From an uncultured Planctomycetaceae bacterium (GTDB taxonomy: Bacteria > Planctomycetota > Planctomycetia > Planctomycetales > Planctomycetaceae), in NCBI GenBank assembly GCA_963815195.1, contig CAWFGE010000020.1, positions 384,001 through 448,000 on the forward strand: DNA of 64,000 bases. The letters run 5' to 3'. Shown here in pieces: positions 22,577 to 33,883 of this stretch (position 1 is the stretch's first letter; every line of letters starts with the position of its first letter). The notes beneath the pieces are model-generated. The model had not been told where the DNA came from and searched no databases. It saw only the letters and a program-made list of their open reading frames with translations. A program made the translations under genes and the position numbers.

Positions 22577-22696
22577 GGATCATTCGAGAAATAACTGAGC
22601 GGAATGGTGCTAGCCACCGGTTGGTGGAACGTGAAAAGCCGGCGGCTAGCGCCGTGCCGCTCAAAGAATAGAGGACACTTATTTCTCGAACGATCC
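22577..22696 (+). mobile_element. MITE with ~18-bp TIRs, TAA target duplication and an internal REP doublet (family C)
   Basis: TAA|GGATCATTCGAGAAATAA ... TTATTTCTCGAACGATCC|TAA. It lies between the two arms of a GTAGCGGCGGCTTCCAGCC-type doublet (22528-22732). A second copy is at 53511-53627. Confidence 0.8.
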
Positions 22697-22759
22697 TAAG
22701 CTAAGCGTCGGCCGGTTAGAAGTCGCCGCTACGAACCGCGGGCAAAAAATCACAGCCTC

Positions 22760-23800
22760 TCAGTAGCTGTGTTCGTCGAGTTTGACTTTGCCGCCGAAGG
22801 TGCGGTAGACCACGAACGTGTAGGTCAGGACGCAGGGCATGCCGATAAGGGCGATCACAAGCATGATCCCCAGCGTCTTCGCGCTCGACGCGGCCCGGTA
22901 AATTGTCAGGCTGAAGTCGTCCGGGTTCACGCTGCTGGTCACCAGGTTGGGGAAAAGCGCGACCGTGAGCAGGCACACAAAGGCCACGATCACCGCGCAC
23001 GAGGACAAAAACGCATAGGCGGGCTTCTTCTCGTAGATCGCGCGGGGGATGTTCGCGACCGCCAGCACATTGAGCGCCGGCACAAACCACAGCCAGGGCC
23101 AATGCTCGAAAACCCGCGTCGCCCGGGGCACGTCAAGCAGCGTGTAAATCGTGCACAACAAAAACGCGACGAGAAAAAACCCGAACGACCGCCACATCAG
23201 CGGGGTCAGGCGTTGTTGCAGGTCGCCTTCGGTTTTCAGGTACAGATAAATCGCCCCATGCATGGCGAACATCGTCACCGCGAGCAGGCCCGTCGTCAGG
23301 GAATAGGGATTCAACAGGTCCAGAAAGGTCCCGGTGAAGTCGTGCCGGGCGTCCAAGGGCACGCCGCGAATCGCATTGCCGACGGCGACGCCGAACACAA
23401 ACGTCGCGAGCACCGAGCTGCCGAAGAACACCCAATCCCAAACGCCCCGCCACAGGGGATTGGTCTGCTTGCTGCGAAACTCGATCGACACCGCCCGCAG
23501 GATCAGGCCTAGTAAAACGAGCATCAAGGCGTCATAGAATCCCGAAAAAATCGTGGCGTAGGCTTCGGGGAACGCGGCGAACAGGGCACCGCCAAACGTC
23601 ACCAGCCAGACTTCGTTCCCGTCCCACAAGGGGCCGATGGAGTTGAGCGCCAGCCGGCGTTCGCGGTCGTTCCGCGCGGCAAAGGGGTGCACCATGCCCA
23701 CGCCCAGGTCGAAACCGTCCAACAGCGCATACCCCGCAAGCAACACGCCCAGCAAAACGAACCAGATCACGGCCAAGGCCTCAAACGACAATCCGAACAT
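22760..23800 (-). CDS. cydB: Cytochrome bd ubiquinol oxidase subunit II
   Basis: [21 protein letters not shown] and [10 protein letters not shown] motifs; multiple TM helices. Confidence 0.95.
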   Translation of the reverse strand: MFGLSFEALAVIWFVLLGVLLAGYALLDGFDLGVGMVHPFAARNDRERRLALNSIGPLWDGNEVWLVTFGGALFAAFPEAYATIFSGFYDALMLVLLGLILRAVSIEFRSKQTNPLWRGVWDWVFFGSSVLATFVFGVAVGNAIRGVPLDARHDFTGTFLDLLNPYSLTTGLLAVTMFAMHGAIYLYLKTEGDLQQRLTPLMWRSFGFFLVAFLLCTIYTLLDVPRATRVFEHWPWLWFVPALNVLAVANIPRAIYEKKPAYAFLSSCAVIVAFVCLLTVALFPNLVTSSVNPDDFSLTIYRAASSAKTLGIMLVIALIGMPCVLTYTFVVYRTFGGKVKLDEHSY

Positions 23801-25362
23801 CAGCTCGACTCCTCCGTGGCCTCTTTGGACACGCCGGGGGACAACTTGGAGTCGTACCGCTCCGCGGCGACTTCAAGGAATTTATCCGGGGCGTTCTTCT
23901 CGCGAACGACGGGTTCGGGGCCTTGCTGGATCTTGTTGTGGAGCACATACACCCACACGATGCCCAGGAGGATGTACAAGAGCCCGAACATCACAATCGA
24001 GCGGACAATCTGCCCGGAGCGGATCGCCGTGGAAACGCCCTGAGTCGTCAACAGCCCCGCAACTCGCTTCGTGCCGCCGGGCTCTTGGACCTCTGCATAT
24101 TGCACGAAGCCGTCGGCATCGCGGACGATCTTCCCATCGTCCGCGCGATCCACCGGCGGGTTGACGATCCAGGGCTGCCGGCCCACTTCGGCCGCGACCC
24201 AGCCCGTTTGATTGGCCAAGACCGCCGGGACCACCGCCACGACAAACACCCGCATCAGCCAGCGGCTGTCAAACAGCGTCCCCCGATACAACCGCCAACA
24301 ACTCGAGAGCGTCAGGGCGATAAAGAACACGCCGCTGGCGATCATTACCCGATACGAGAAAAAGGGAACGAGTGCCGGCGGGCGGTGTTCCGGGCGAAAT
24401 TCATCCAGACCCAAGACGGGGACGCTGGGATCCTCGTGGATCAAAAAACTCAACAGGCCGGGAATGGCCACTTCTCCCTTGAGTTTCTGCTCGTCATCGT
24501 CCGGCCACCCGAAGACCGCCATCGCCGCTCCGCCCTGGCCGGTTTCGTAATGCGCCTCGAAGGCCGCCATCTTCGCGGGTTGATGCCGATAAACGTTTTG
24601 GGCCTGAAAATGCCCGCTAAAGGCGATCGCCAGCGACGAAGCCGCCGCCAGGATCAACGCCCCCGTGAAGCTCCGGCGGGCGAACTCTTCGTGCCGGCGC
24701 TTGAGCAGATACCACGCGCTGATCGACAGCACGAAAAACGCCCCCATGATGAAGCAGCCCAGGAGCACATGGATCAGCCGATGCGCGGCGGAGGGATTGA
24801 GGACGACCGCCCAAAAATCCGCGACCTCGGCCCGCATCATCGGTTCGCCGTCTACGATCCAGGGCTTCCCGTCGCGGAGAATCGGGACGATTTGGGAACC
24901 GGCCGGGGTCTGCTGCCAACTGTTGGCGACGACGATCCACACGCTTGAGAACATCGAGCCGAGCGAAACCATACACGTGGAGAAAAAGTGCACGCGCCGG
25001 CTCACGCGGTCCCAGCCGAACACGAGCACCGCGAGAAACCCGGACTCCAGAAAAAACGCGAAGATGCCCTCGGCCGCGAGGGCGCTGCCGAACACGTCCC
25101 CCACGAATCGCGAATAAGTCGCCCAGTTGGTGCCGAACTCGAACTCCATCACAATCCCGGTCGCCACGCCGATGGCGAAGTTCAGCGCGAAGATCCGCGT
25201 CCAGAACCTCGCCGCCTGCTCGTAGAGCGGATCCCCGGTGCGAAGCCATCTCCAATCCAAATACACGAGCACCACGCCCATGCCGATGGTCAGTGGCGGA
25301 AACAGGTAGTGAAACATCACCGTGAGGGCAAACTGGGCCCTCGAGAGCAGAACAACGTCCAT
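23800..25362 (-). CDS. cydA: Cytochrome bd ubiquinol oxidase subunit I
   Basis: [47 protein letters not shown] and [12 protein letters not shown] motifs; start taken at MDVVLLS. Confidence 0.95.
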   Translation of the reverse strand: MDVVLLSRAQFALTVMFHYLFPPLTIGMGVVLVYLDWRWLRTGDPLYEQAARFWTRIFALNFAIGVATGIVMEFEFGTNWATYSRFVGDVFGSALAAEGIFAFFLESGFLAVLVFGWDRVSRRVHFFSTCMVSLGSMFSSVWIVVANSWQQTPAGSQIVPILRDGKPWIVDGEPMMRAEVADFWAVVLNPSAAHRLIHVLLGCFIMGAFFVLSISAWYLLKRRHEEFARRSFTGALILAAASSLAIAFSGHFQAQNVYRHQPAKMAAFEAHYETGQGGAAMAVFGWPDDDEQKLKGEVAIPGLLSFLIHEDPSVPVLGLDEFRPEHRPPALVPFFSYRVMIASGVFFIALTLSSCWRLYRGTLFDSRWLMRVFVVAVVPAVLANQTGWVAAEVGRQPWIVNPPVDRADDGKIVRDADGFVQYAEVQEPGGTKRVAGLLTTQGVSTAIRSGQIVRSIVMFGLLYILLGIVWVYVLHNKIQQGPEPVVREKNAPDKFLEVAAERYDSKLSPGVSKEATEESS

Positions 25363-25505
25363 CAGGCTCGGAGGTGTTTGGGGGAAACGGACAACAGCCG
25401 GCCGGCCGGATTTCGGCCGGCATCCGCCGGTGCCCACTTGGTCTTTTGCCGTGTTGGGTTACTATAGAGAATGCCGGCGGTTTTGAAAGTTCAAAGTCAG
25501 GGGGA

Positions 25506-25554
25506 ATCACGAAGGCACGAAGGACAAGTCCCTTTTCTTTGTGTCTTCGTGGTG
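25506..25554. repeat. Short inverted repeat (CACGAAGGCACGAAG type)
   Basis: ATCACGAAGGCACGAAG ... CTTTGTGTCTTCGTGGTG. Confidence 0.55.
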
Positions 25555-25581
25555 AACCCAATTTATACGAGATTTCCTTTG

Positions 25582-26679
25582 ATGGCGCATTTTCAGAAGC
25601 CCACCACGGATTCGATCGTCCAGAGCTTTTCGCTGTTCAAACGGCGGATCCCGTTGGACTCGTTGGCCCTCGTCTGCCGGTCGCTGAGCATTTTGCTCAG
25701 TTCGGGGGTGGAGATCAAACAGGCCTTGAAGCTGGCGGGCAAGAAGACGGGTAACGCCCGCTGCCAGGAGGCGATGCGGGGCGTGTACAACGCCGTCGCC
25801 TCGGGCGAGGACATGACCGCCGGGGTCATCGCCCAAGGCGACGCCTTTCCGCCATTGATGATCGACATGGTCAACGTCGGCGAACAGACCGGGGCGTTTG
25901 TGGAAGTCCTCCGCAGTCTGGCCGAGCATTACGACAACCTCGTCCGCCTGCGAAAATCGTTCTTGCAGCAAATCCTCTGGCCGGTGTTTCAGCTCGTAAT
26001 GGCGATTCTCGTGATCGCGCTGTTGATTCTCATCCTGGGCTGGATTGCCGAGTCCCGCGGCGGCAAGCCTTTACCCATCCTGCCCGGAGGCTTGTCGGGG
26101 ACCACAGGAGCCATCACCTGGCTGGCGGTGAACTTCGGCACGTTCTTGGGATTGTTCCTGTTCTACAAATGGACGAGGCACAACCTCGTCGGCCAGAAGT
26201 TTCTCGATCCGCTGCTTTTGAAAGTCCCGGTCCTCGGCGGTTGCCTCGAGTCGTTTGCCATCGCCCGGTTCTCGTGGGCGTTTGCGCTCACCCAGCAATC
26301 GGGGATGTCCATCCAGCCGAGCCTGGAAAGCAGCTTCAAAGCCACCTCGAACGGGGCCTACATCTCGGCCTACCCGGAGGTCTGGAGCATGATGAGCCGG
26401 GGCGAGGCCCTGGGCGATTCCCTCGCCGCCACCGGGCTGTTCACGGAGGATTACCTCGAGATGGTGCACTCGGCGGAGGTTTCCGGCACGGTGCCCGAGA
26501 TGCTCGAGCATCTCAGCCCGCAGTTCGAAGAACAGGCCCGCGTCAGCCTGAGAACGCTGACCACGGGCCTCGCCTGGGCCGTCTGGGCCGTGGTGGCGAT
26601 GTTCATCATCTTCATGATCTTCCGCGTGTTCTCGATTTACCTGGGAATCTTAGACGACGCCTTGCACGATACCATGTGA
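25582..26679 (+). CDS. Type II secretion system F / PilC family protein
   Basis: Two T2SSF repeats (FPPLMIDMVNVGEQTG; YLEMVHSAEVSGTVPEML), each followed by TM segments. Confidence 0.88.
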   Translation: MAHFQKPTTDSIVQSFSLFKRRIPLDSLALVCRSLSILLSSGVEIKQALKLAGKKTGNARCQEAMRGVYNAVASGEDMTAGVIAQGDAFPPLMIDMVNVGEQTGAFVEVLRSLAEHYDNLVRLRKSFLQQILWPVFQLVMAILVIALLILILGWIAESRGGKPLPILPGGLSGTTGAITWLAVNFGTFLGLFLFYKWTRHNLVGQKFLDPLLLKVPVLGGCLESFAIARFSWAFALTQQSGMSIQPSLESSFKATSNGAYISAYPEVWSMMSRGEALGDSLAATGLFTEDYLEMVHSAEVSGTVPEMLEHLSPQFEEQARVSLRTLTTGLAWAVWAVVAMFIIFMIFRVFSIYLGILDDALHDTM

Positions 26680-26779
26680 GGCACCCGAACGCGGCTCGAT
26701 TCGCCCGTCTCGGGTGGCACGCCCTGATCGCAGCAAAGGGCGCGGCGATCACAAAGACCACGCCCCCGCCCGGCTCGAT

Positions 26780-27217
26780 TCATGTGCCTGGCGTATCGTG
26801 GGCCGCGAAATACCGCTGGACCTCGGCGAGCAGGGGGTTGATCGTGTTGGCTTGGATCTCGTGCGGCGGGTTCCAGGGAATCCATTCGTGGCCGGCGTGC
26901 TCGGTGAGGGTGATGGGCTGCGGACTCTCCAGCCAGCCTAAAAACACAATCAGCGTTTTTTCGATCGTCTCGCCGGGGTACCGCTTGTAAACCGGATGAT
27001 AGACCTCGGAAAAGCGAAACCCCTCGTCGATTTGCACGGCCCCCCGGGAAATGCCGGTTTCCTCTTCCATCTCCCTGAGGGCGCATTCCAGATCGGTCTC
27101 GCCCGCGTCCACGTGGCCTTTGGGCAAGTCCCAGCGGTCGGGATGCTTCATCAACAGAAAAGCCAACTCCGGTTCGCGGCGGAACAAAATCACGCCGCAG
27201 GATTTCAATCGCCGCAT
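26780..27217 (-). CDS. NUDIX hydrolase (Ap4A hydrolase-like)
   Basis: Nudix box KGHVDAGETDLECALREMEEETG; WDLPKG and LTEH motifs. Confidence 0.88.
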   Translation of the reverse strand: MRRLKSCGVILFRREPELAFLLMKHPDRWDLPKGHVDAGETDLECALREMEEETGISRGAVQIDEGFRFSEVYHPVYKRYPGETIEKTLIVFLGWLESPQPITLTEHAGHEWIPWNPPHEIQANTINPLLAEVQRYFAAHDTPGT

Positions 27218-27266
27218 GTTTTCCCATCCCGGGGCAAAAAAGATCGATCGTGCCAATTGGCCGCGG

Positions 27267-28451
27267 CTATCGCGCGGGCGCGGTGCGGCTGCGGGTTTCG
27301 CGCTGCTGCTTGGCCCGCCGCTCCAAGTCCGCGCGGTCGGCGAGCAGCACGTCCATCGGCATCAACCGGCCGTTTCGCATCACTTCCAATCGCACCCGCC
27401 GGCCGACGGGCGTCAAGCTCACCAGGTTAATGAAGTGGTTTTCATCCTGCACCTCCACGCCTTCGAAGGAGAGAATCACATCGTCGAACTCCAACCGGGC
27501 GAGCGCGGCGGGCGTGTTGGGATAGACTTCCATGACGCGGGCACCCGCAACCGGCCCACCTGCAAGCGGCGGGCCGTCTCCGCGGAGAACTCGGAATCCA
27601 GCTTCACGCCCAGGTAGGCCCGGCGGACTTTTCCGTAAAGCAACAGTTGATCGACGACCCGCCGGACGAGGTTGCTGGGAATGCTGAACCCGATGCCTTC
27701 GTTGCCGCCGCTGTTGGAGGCGATCGCGGTATTGATCCCCACGATCCGCCCGTTCAAGCCGATCAACGGGCCGCCGCTGTTGCCGGGATTGATCGCGGCG
27801 TCCGTTTGCAGAAAATCCTGGTTGAGCACCGTCCGGTCGCTGCCCAGGTTCAAAGACCGCCGGCCTTTCGCGCTGATGATGCCAAAGGTGATGGACTGGC
27901 TCAGGCCGAACGGGCTGCCCATCGCGAGCACCATGTTGCCGATCTCCACCCGGTCAGAATCCCCCCAGCGTGCGGGAATCAGGTTCGGGGCTTCCACCTG
28001 GAGGACGGCCACGTCGGTGGCTTCGTCCGTCCAAATCCGCGCCGGCTTGAGCACCCGACCTTCGTGGAGGTGGATGGAGATGTCGTCGAGGCGGGCGTCG
28101 GCGATCACGTGCCGATTTGTGACCACGAAAAACCCGCGGACTTTCGAGTCTCTCCATGAGCACCCCGGACCCGGTCTCTTCCACGCGGCCGCCGCGTTCG
28201 ACGGCCCGCTCGCTTTCGATGTGCACCACGCTCGGCGCGGTGATGCGGGCGATCTTCGCGAGGTGCTCGCTCGCATCCACCAACGGGCCTGCTTCGCGGT
28301 CGAGTTCTTGATAGACCCGCTGGGTTTCCGTGAGGGTCACGGCGTTCGCGTGGGCCGACGCGTTAAACGACCCCAGTTGATAGCCCAGCCCCAACATCAA
28401 ACCGCACGAGAAAAAAGCACCGCCGAGAAGGAGCACAGATGGATTTCGCAT
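27267..28451 (-). CDS. HtrA/DegP-like serine protease with PDZ domain; frameshifted near 28150 and 27540
   Basis: VTNRHVI (His), TDVAVL (Asp), DAAINPGNSGGPL (Ser) and PDZ AYLGV...DDVILSF, distributed over three ORFs. Confidence 0.88.
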
Positions 28452-28728
28452 GATGAGAGCCTCGCGGGGGAATGGGTCTGAACGTCAGCGGTAACGAAAA
28501 AAGAGCGTTTGCCGTTTCGAGGAACCGTCCTCTCCAAAGCGAACACTCTTTGCTCAATTCAATATACCCTGGATTTGGCCCGCGGGGTCCGGGTTCCCTC
28601 CTGTATCGTGTTGTTCTTCTCGATTCGCGGGGGGGGCAATGCTGTTAGGGTTTTTGCGAAACCTCCCGCAGTTTTCCGGAACGTCCGTGCCGGAGCAATC
28701 AGGCAAACCGGGCGGAGTCTGCCGGCGG

Positions 28729-29190
28729 TCAGTCGCGAAAGTCGATGTCGCCCAGCGTCAGTTCCTGATCGTTCAATCGGCCTTCGTGCTCGTAGGCGGA
28801 TTCCCAGTCGGCGTGCATTTCGTAATCGGTATGACCCATTTCCTCTTGCCGGCGCTGGCAATCGATGCACAAGGGCGTGAACGGCAGGGCGTTGAGCCGG
28901 GTGATGGGAATCGGCTTTTCGCACATTTCGCAAATCCCGTAGCGGCCTTCCCGCATGAGTTGGATGGCCCGCTCGATCTGGCCGAGTTCCCGGCTTTCGA
29001 GCGCGGCGAGCTGCGAGTTGATTTCGTCGGAGGCCCCGTCATTGGCGGCGTCGCCCACGTCCCCGCCCCGCGAAATGCGCGCCAGAGACTTGGCCGAGAC
29101 GTTGAACTCCTCGGCCAGCTTGTTCCGCAGCGCATCCCGTTTGGCCACGAGGCGTTCGTGCAATCGTAGAAGTGCATCTTTCCGCGCCAT
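28729..29190 (-). CDS. DksA/TraR family C4-type zinc finger protein
   Basis: Coiled coil with GDVGDAA, then YGICEMCEKPIPITRLNALPFTPLCIDC. Confidence 0.9.
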   Translation of the reverse strand: MARKDALLRLHERLVAKRDALRNKLAEEFNVSAKSLARISRGGDVGDAANDGASDEINSQLAALESRELGQIERAIQLMREGRYGICEMCEKPIPITRLNALPFTPLCIDCQRRQEEMGHTDYEMHADWESAYEHEGRLNDQELTLGDIDFRD

Positions 29191-30051
29191 GTCGCTTCCT
29201 TCGATGTCAGATTGAGAGATGTGGTCAGCGAGGCGAACAGGTGTGAATGTTCCCCCGCATCGGCGGGCGAGGGCGGCTTGTCGGACTTGGAGCAGTCACC
29301 AAAATATACCCTCTGATTCCCAGAAAGGAAATTTGCTCCCTCCGGGGCCGATCCAATCGGCCCGCCGGTTGGCCCTGGGAGAATATCAAGCCCTTCCACA
29401 AAACCCAGACCCTAAGGCATTGTGGCAAAAGGACTTATACGAGAAAACGCGTCTGGGAGACTCTGAAGCGACGGTTCGAATCCGCTTCCTACTTATGAAA
29501 ACCCGAACAAGTTGTTCTCGGCATCGTGCTTATCCTCTATGTACGCCACAATTCGCCGATGTGTTGAAGGATTTTCAAAAGTCCTGTCCACATTTTGAAA
29601 AAGGCAATCCATTTAACGGGGATTGGCAAAAGAGGTTACGACTTCTCGTTCTGCCGTCATGCGGCCTCGATCGGTGAAATCCTGGCGATTTGGGCGAGGT
29701 TTTTCGCTAAGGTAATTTGTCCAAGTCCAGTTATGCGTGCCGATTTGGGGAAATCTCTCAAAAATTTGCAAAAAATCTGATTCGCCTCCTGTACGCGGAC
29801 AGAGCGGACACTTCCATTTTTGGAATGGCGCGAGAGCTGTCGTCAATTTGATGACATTTCCTCGCGGCGATTTGCATCGGCCAATGCGGTTGTGAGCGGC
29901 CCGGCGCTAGCCGCCGACTTACGAATCGCGGGGAACCGGCGGCTACCGCCGGGCGCTGGCAGATTCGAAATTGGCTGTTCGCCGCCGTCCGAGTGTCTAC
30001 AATACCGGCAGGGTTTTTGAGATTCTTATTTCCAGATCGAGGAGAGCAATC

Positions 30052-30528
30052 ATGGCGACGGCGATGTTTGGAGCCGGGTGTTTTTGGGGCGTGGAGGCGG
30101 CGTTTCGGAAGAGGCCGGGCGTGAAATCGACCGCCGTGGGCTACGCGGGCGGGCATACGGAGAACCCCACGTACCGCGAGGTCTGCACCGATGGGACGGG
30201 CCATGCGGAGGTGGTGCAGGTCGAATACGAACCGGCCGAGGTGTCTTATGACGATTTGCTGAACGTGTTCTGGAACTGCCACAACCCGACCACGCTCAAT
30301 CGGCAAGGGCCGGACCTGGGTACGCAATACCGGTCGGCCGTTTTCTATACCACCCCGGAGCAAAAAGAACTCGCCGAGGCCTCCAAACACCGGTTAGAAG
30401 AGTCCGGGAAATACACGAACCCGGTCGTCACCGAAATCACCCCCGCCCCCGCGTTTTACCGCGCCGAGGACTACCACCAGCAATACCTGGAAAAGCGCGG
30501 CCAATCCAGTTGCCATCTGCCAAACTGA
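30052..30528 (+). CDS. msrA: Peptide-methionine (S)-S-oxide reductase
   Basis: [26 protein letters not shown] and AEDYHQQY motifs; GAGGAG RBS upstream. Confidence 0.96.
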   Translation: MATAMFGAGCFWGVEAAFRKRPGVKSTAVGYAGGHTENPTYREVCTDGTGHAEVVQVEYEPAEVSYDDLLNVFWNCHNPTTLNRQGPDLGTQYRSAVFYTTPEQKELAEASKHRLEESGKYTNPVVTEITPAPAFYRAEDYHQQYLEKRGQSSCHLPN

Positions 30529-30549
30529 GCGGCACGGCACTAGCCGCCG
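30526..30549. repeat. REP family C copy supplying the msrA stop codon
   Basis: TGAGCGGCACGGCACTAGCCGCCG; other copies at 29893 and inside both MITEs. Confidence 0.7.
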
Positions 30550-30571
30550 GTCTTGATTTCGAAGCCCTGCG

Positions 30572-32611
30572 CTACAACACGCGGGCCAGGAGGCTGGTGA
30601 GCCAGATAATCAGACCCACACAGACCCACGCGGCAATGAACCCGCCCAAGCCGACCAGCGTCGGCTTGCCGATTTCGATGTCTTTGAGGTTGAACAACTT
30701 CTCGGCCGGCGGGAGCGGATCTTTGGGCAGCGTGCACGGCGTCTCCACTTCTTCGCCCGCCTTGACCGGCGTATGGATCAAGCGGAAGAAGTGGTCCAAT
30801 TTGTCCTCCCGCACCCGCTTGGTGATCAGACTCGTCAAAAAGCCGCTGAGAAGACCGGCCGACAAATAGGACACCATCTGCCAGACGTCGAACATTTTGC
30901 CTTTGTCGTTAAACATGGCATCCGGCAAAATCCATTCGTGGAGCGCATTGGGAAAATAGGCCACGCCCGCCCAAGCCGCGGCCGCGCACATTGTGGACAC
31001 CCAAACCGCCGCAGGGGTCCAGCCGCGCCAGGTGATGCCGATCCACAAGCTGATCCCAATCGCGGCCGGGGTTTTGATGATGACTTTGAGGGCGTCGATC
31101 ACGTCGGTGAACGTGGCTTGCAGCACGAGGGCGAACAGCACGATGATGAGTCCCGAAATCCGCCCCACCCACAAATAATGCCTTTGCGATTTGTTCTTGC
31201 CGATGTATTTGCGGTAGATGTTCTCCGTAAACAAGCCGCTGGAGACGACCATTTGAGCGTCGCTGGTGCTCATAATCGCCGCCAGAAGCGATGCCATTAA
31301 AAGCCCGATCAACCCGGCCCCGATCGTCGGCAAAATGTCGTAAGCGGCCCGGCCGAACAAGCGGTCGGCGAAGTCCTTATCCGCTTTTTTCAGGCGGTCC
31401 CTTTCGTCCGCGCCCAAGGCGTTGAACTCATCGGCCGTGCGGGCGTGGAGATCGTCAAACGCCTTGCGGTCGGCGGCGATTTTTTCCTGGTCGGCTGCGG
31501 ACAGGGCTTGATATTCCGCGGTGCCGGCTTTCGGAGCCTCGGCATGCTTCAGCGGGCTGTTTGAGCCCAGATACCACACGATGCACGCGAGCCCCGTAAA
31601 CGTCCAGGCGATGGTGCAAAACCGCTTGAGAAAGTTCCCGAACGTGAAACCGAACCGGCCTTCAAACTCCGTCTTGCCCGCCCCGCAGACGCCCATGATG
31701 TGCGGCTGCACCACGATCCCCGCCAGAGCCGTCAGCGAGAGCATCACGATGTAAAACAGCGTGATCGGCTCGGCTCCCAGCGTTTCCGCAATGTTCGCCG
31801 CCACCTCCGGCCCCGCGAACAGCTCGAACATGTGCGGCTTCACGTCCCCCTGAGAATGCAGTTCTCCAAACCCGCCGATCATGTTGAACACGAAAGGCAA
31901 CAGCAGAAACGAAAACGTAATGGTGAGGATGCCCTGGATGAAGTCGGTAATGATTGCCGCCCCCAATCCCCCGACCATCCCGTAAGTCACGAACAGCAGC
32001 GTCATCGCGAGGATCGCGTATTCGTAGCCTTGGACGGGTCGGGTAAACGTTTCGATGCGGCCTTCCTCTTCGTTCCATTTTGCGGCGGGCACCGTCACGT
32101 TCCATTGCTGCGTGACGCGTTCCAATTCGCCGCCGGTGAGCTCGTCCACCATCTTGCCGGAGCTGTAAAGCCCGCCCGCAATAAAGGCGATCGACATGAT
32201 GATCCCGTACACCGAATACAACAAAGCCGTGCTGCTGCTAAAGCGGGCTTGGAAGAAGTCGGCGGTGGTGAGCGCCCGCATGCGGCGCATCACCGGGGCG
32301 ACGATCCAGTAAAACGGCGTCGCCCACAACCACAGGAATTGCCACCAGATGCCCGCCAGCCCGACCCGCCAGGTTCCCGCGACGACGCCGACGGCCTGTT
32401 CGCTGCTGGTGCCGGCTCCGAAGGCGAAGAACATCATAAAAATCTTGCCGAACCGCCGGCCGCCCATGAAGAAGTCGGACATGTCGTGCACGCGGCGGAG
32501 CGACCACAGCCCCACGCAAAAAATCACGACGAAATAGGCGGCGAGGACGATCCAGTCCAGGGTCTGAAGCCCGAGCCAGGCGGAGTCTGCGAAGAGCATC
32601 AGCGGTCTCAT
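30572..32611 (-). CDS. Sodium:solute symporter family protein
   Basis: DFFMGGRRFG, YGMVGGLGAAIITDFIQG and LLAAIMST motifs; many TM helices. Confidence 0.9.
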   Translation of the reverse strand: MRPLMLFADSAWLGLQTLDWIVLAAYFVVIFCVGLWSLRRVHDMSDFFMGGRRFGKIFMMFFAFGAGTSSEQAVGVVAGTWRVGLAGIWWQFLWLWATPFYWIVAPVMRRMRALTTADFFQARFSSSTALLYSVYGIIMSIAFIAGGLYSSGKMVDELTGGELERVTQQWNVTVPAAKWNEEEGRIETFTRPVQGYEYAILAMTLLFVTYGMVGGLGAAIITDFIQGILTITFSFLLLPFVFNMIGGFGELHSQGDVKPHMFELFAGPEVAANIAETLGAEPITLFYIVMLSLTALAGIVVQPHIMGVCGAGKTEFEGRFGFTFGNFLKRFCTIAWTFTGLACIVWYLGSNSPLKHAEAPKAGTAEYQALSAADQEKIAADRKAFDDLHARTADEFNALGADERDRLKKADKDFADRLFGRAAYDILPTIGAGLIGLLMASLLAAIMSTSDAQMVVSSGLFTENIYRKYIGKNKSQRHYLWVGRISGLIIVLFALVLQATFTDVIDALKVIIKTPAAIGISLWIGITWRGWTPAAVWVSTMCAAAAWAGVAYFPNALHEWILPDAMFNDKGKMFDVWQMVSYLSAGLLSGFLTSLITKRVREDKLDHFFRLIHTPVKAGEEVETPCTLPKDPLPPAEKLFNLKDIEIGKPTLVGLGGFIAAWVCVGLIIWLTSLLARVL

Positions 32612-32736
32612 CAGTGGAAAGCGGCGGCGGTGGAAGGAAATAATTATCCTCCAGACTACCGACGCCGCGCGCCCGTTTCAATTGCGGCGGCAGGCCGGCC
32701 GCGATTTCCGTTGGGTTAAGACAAATTCGCGCTCGT

Positions 32737-33564
32737 TTATTCGCTGTTTTCCAGGAGTTCGTTGTCGTAGTCTTCTTCCAGCTGCCTGACGCGGTCGGCC
32801 ATCTCTTGGTTGTTTTCGATTTGCTGGGAGACCTCCAACTCCCAGCGGGTGCTGGCCGCGCGGAGGGAATCCAGATCCAAGGAGAGTTTGAGGATATGCG
32901 ACAGCCGGCGGGCGACGGCTTCCAGGCAGGCGAGGTTCGGGCCTTCCAGATAGCCCGGGATCTCCACCGCGAGCGAGGCCATCCGCATGTTCCAGTCGAG
33001 GACTTCGGTAATGAGATAGCTCGTGAACGACCCCGGCCCGGCGTAGCCGCTTTTCCGCATGTTGTAGGTCTGCATCTCGGAGAGCAGTTCCTCATCGGAG
33101 CATGTGACGTACAGCCGCGGTTCGCGCGTGTGGGGCACGAGGCCGCCGAAGGAACCCACGAACAGAATCCGCGTGACGCCGCATTCCCGGGCGAACTCCA
33201 GCACGCATTGCCCGAAGGACTGCCAGCGGAGGTTCGGCTCGTCTCCCACGAACAACAGCAGATTGGCGGTCTCGTCGCAGAAGAACGTGTTCGAGGGCAT
33301 CTCCAGCGATTTGACGAGGCCGTCTTCGATCTGGATGTGCGGCCGGAAGAGCGCGGCCACGTCCATCGTGCCGGGGAAGTTGTAGATGTAGAAGGGTTCG
33401 GGATCGATTTCGGCCACGTACTCGGCGTCGAGAAGCTCAACCATCCGCCGCACGGTGCCGGTGGAGACGTCGCCGCCGTCCATCCAACCGCTGAAGGCCA
33501 AGACGAGCGTCCCGTTTTCGAGTTGGGGTTGGCGGTCCACCAACAGAAATTCCGATTCCGACAT
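32737..33564 (-). CDS. PAC2 (proteasome assembly chaperone) family protein
   Basis: LAFSGWMDGGDVST, GDEPNLRW and VPHTREP motifs, with a C-terminal VRQLEEDYD helix. Confidence 0.82.
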   Translation of the reverse strand: MSESEFLLVDRQPQLENGTLVLAFSGWMDGGDVSTGTVRRMVELLDAEYVAEIDPEPFYIYNFPGTMDVAALFRPHIQIEDGLVKSLEMPSNTFFCDETANLLLFVGDEPNLRWQSFGQCVLEFARECGVTRILFVGSFGGLVPHTREPRLYVTCSDEELLSEMQTYNMRKSGYAGPGSFTSYLITEVLDWNMRMASLAVEIPGYLEGPNLACLEAVARRLSHILKLSLDLDSLRAASTRWELEVSQQIENNQEMADRVRQLEEDYDNELLENSE

Positions 33565-33883
33565 GCCGGCTTTCTTCGTGTGTTGCCAGGTCTTATGAGG
33601 TTCTGATTCTGTTGCCGTTGCGGAAAACAGAGAGCCGCGGCGTCTCCGAATGCCCTCCGTAGTCTATGTTTCCAATCCGAGGCGCGTCCAACCCCAGCGG
33701 GGATTCTCTTGGGCAAGAAGGCAAATTCCGTCGTTCCAAAAACCGGCTAAGCCGCGCACGAAGTCAGCGGATTTTCTAGATTTACAGATCGCAATACCGC
33801 TGACTTCGTGCGCGGCTCTGGGGTTTTTGGGAACGACTGATGTTCTCAAAGATCCGGGACGGGAATGCTGATCCACGAATCCA

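Noticed and set aside
29465..29490. tRNA T-arm-like CGGTTCGAATCCG
   Set aside because: The stem is only 3 bp and no acceptor or anticodon context is present, so it is likely chance.
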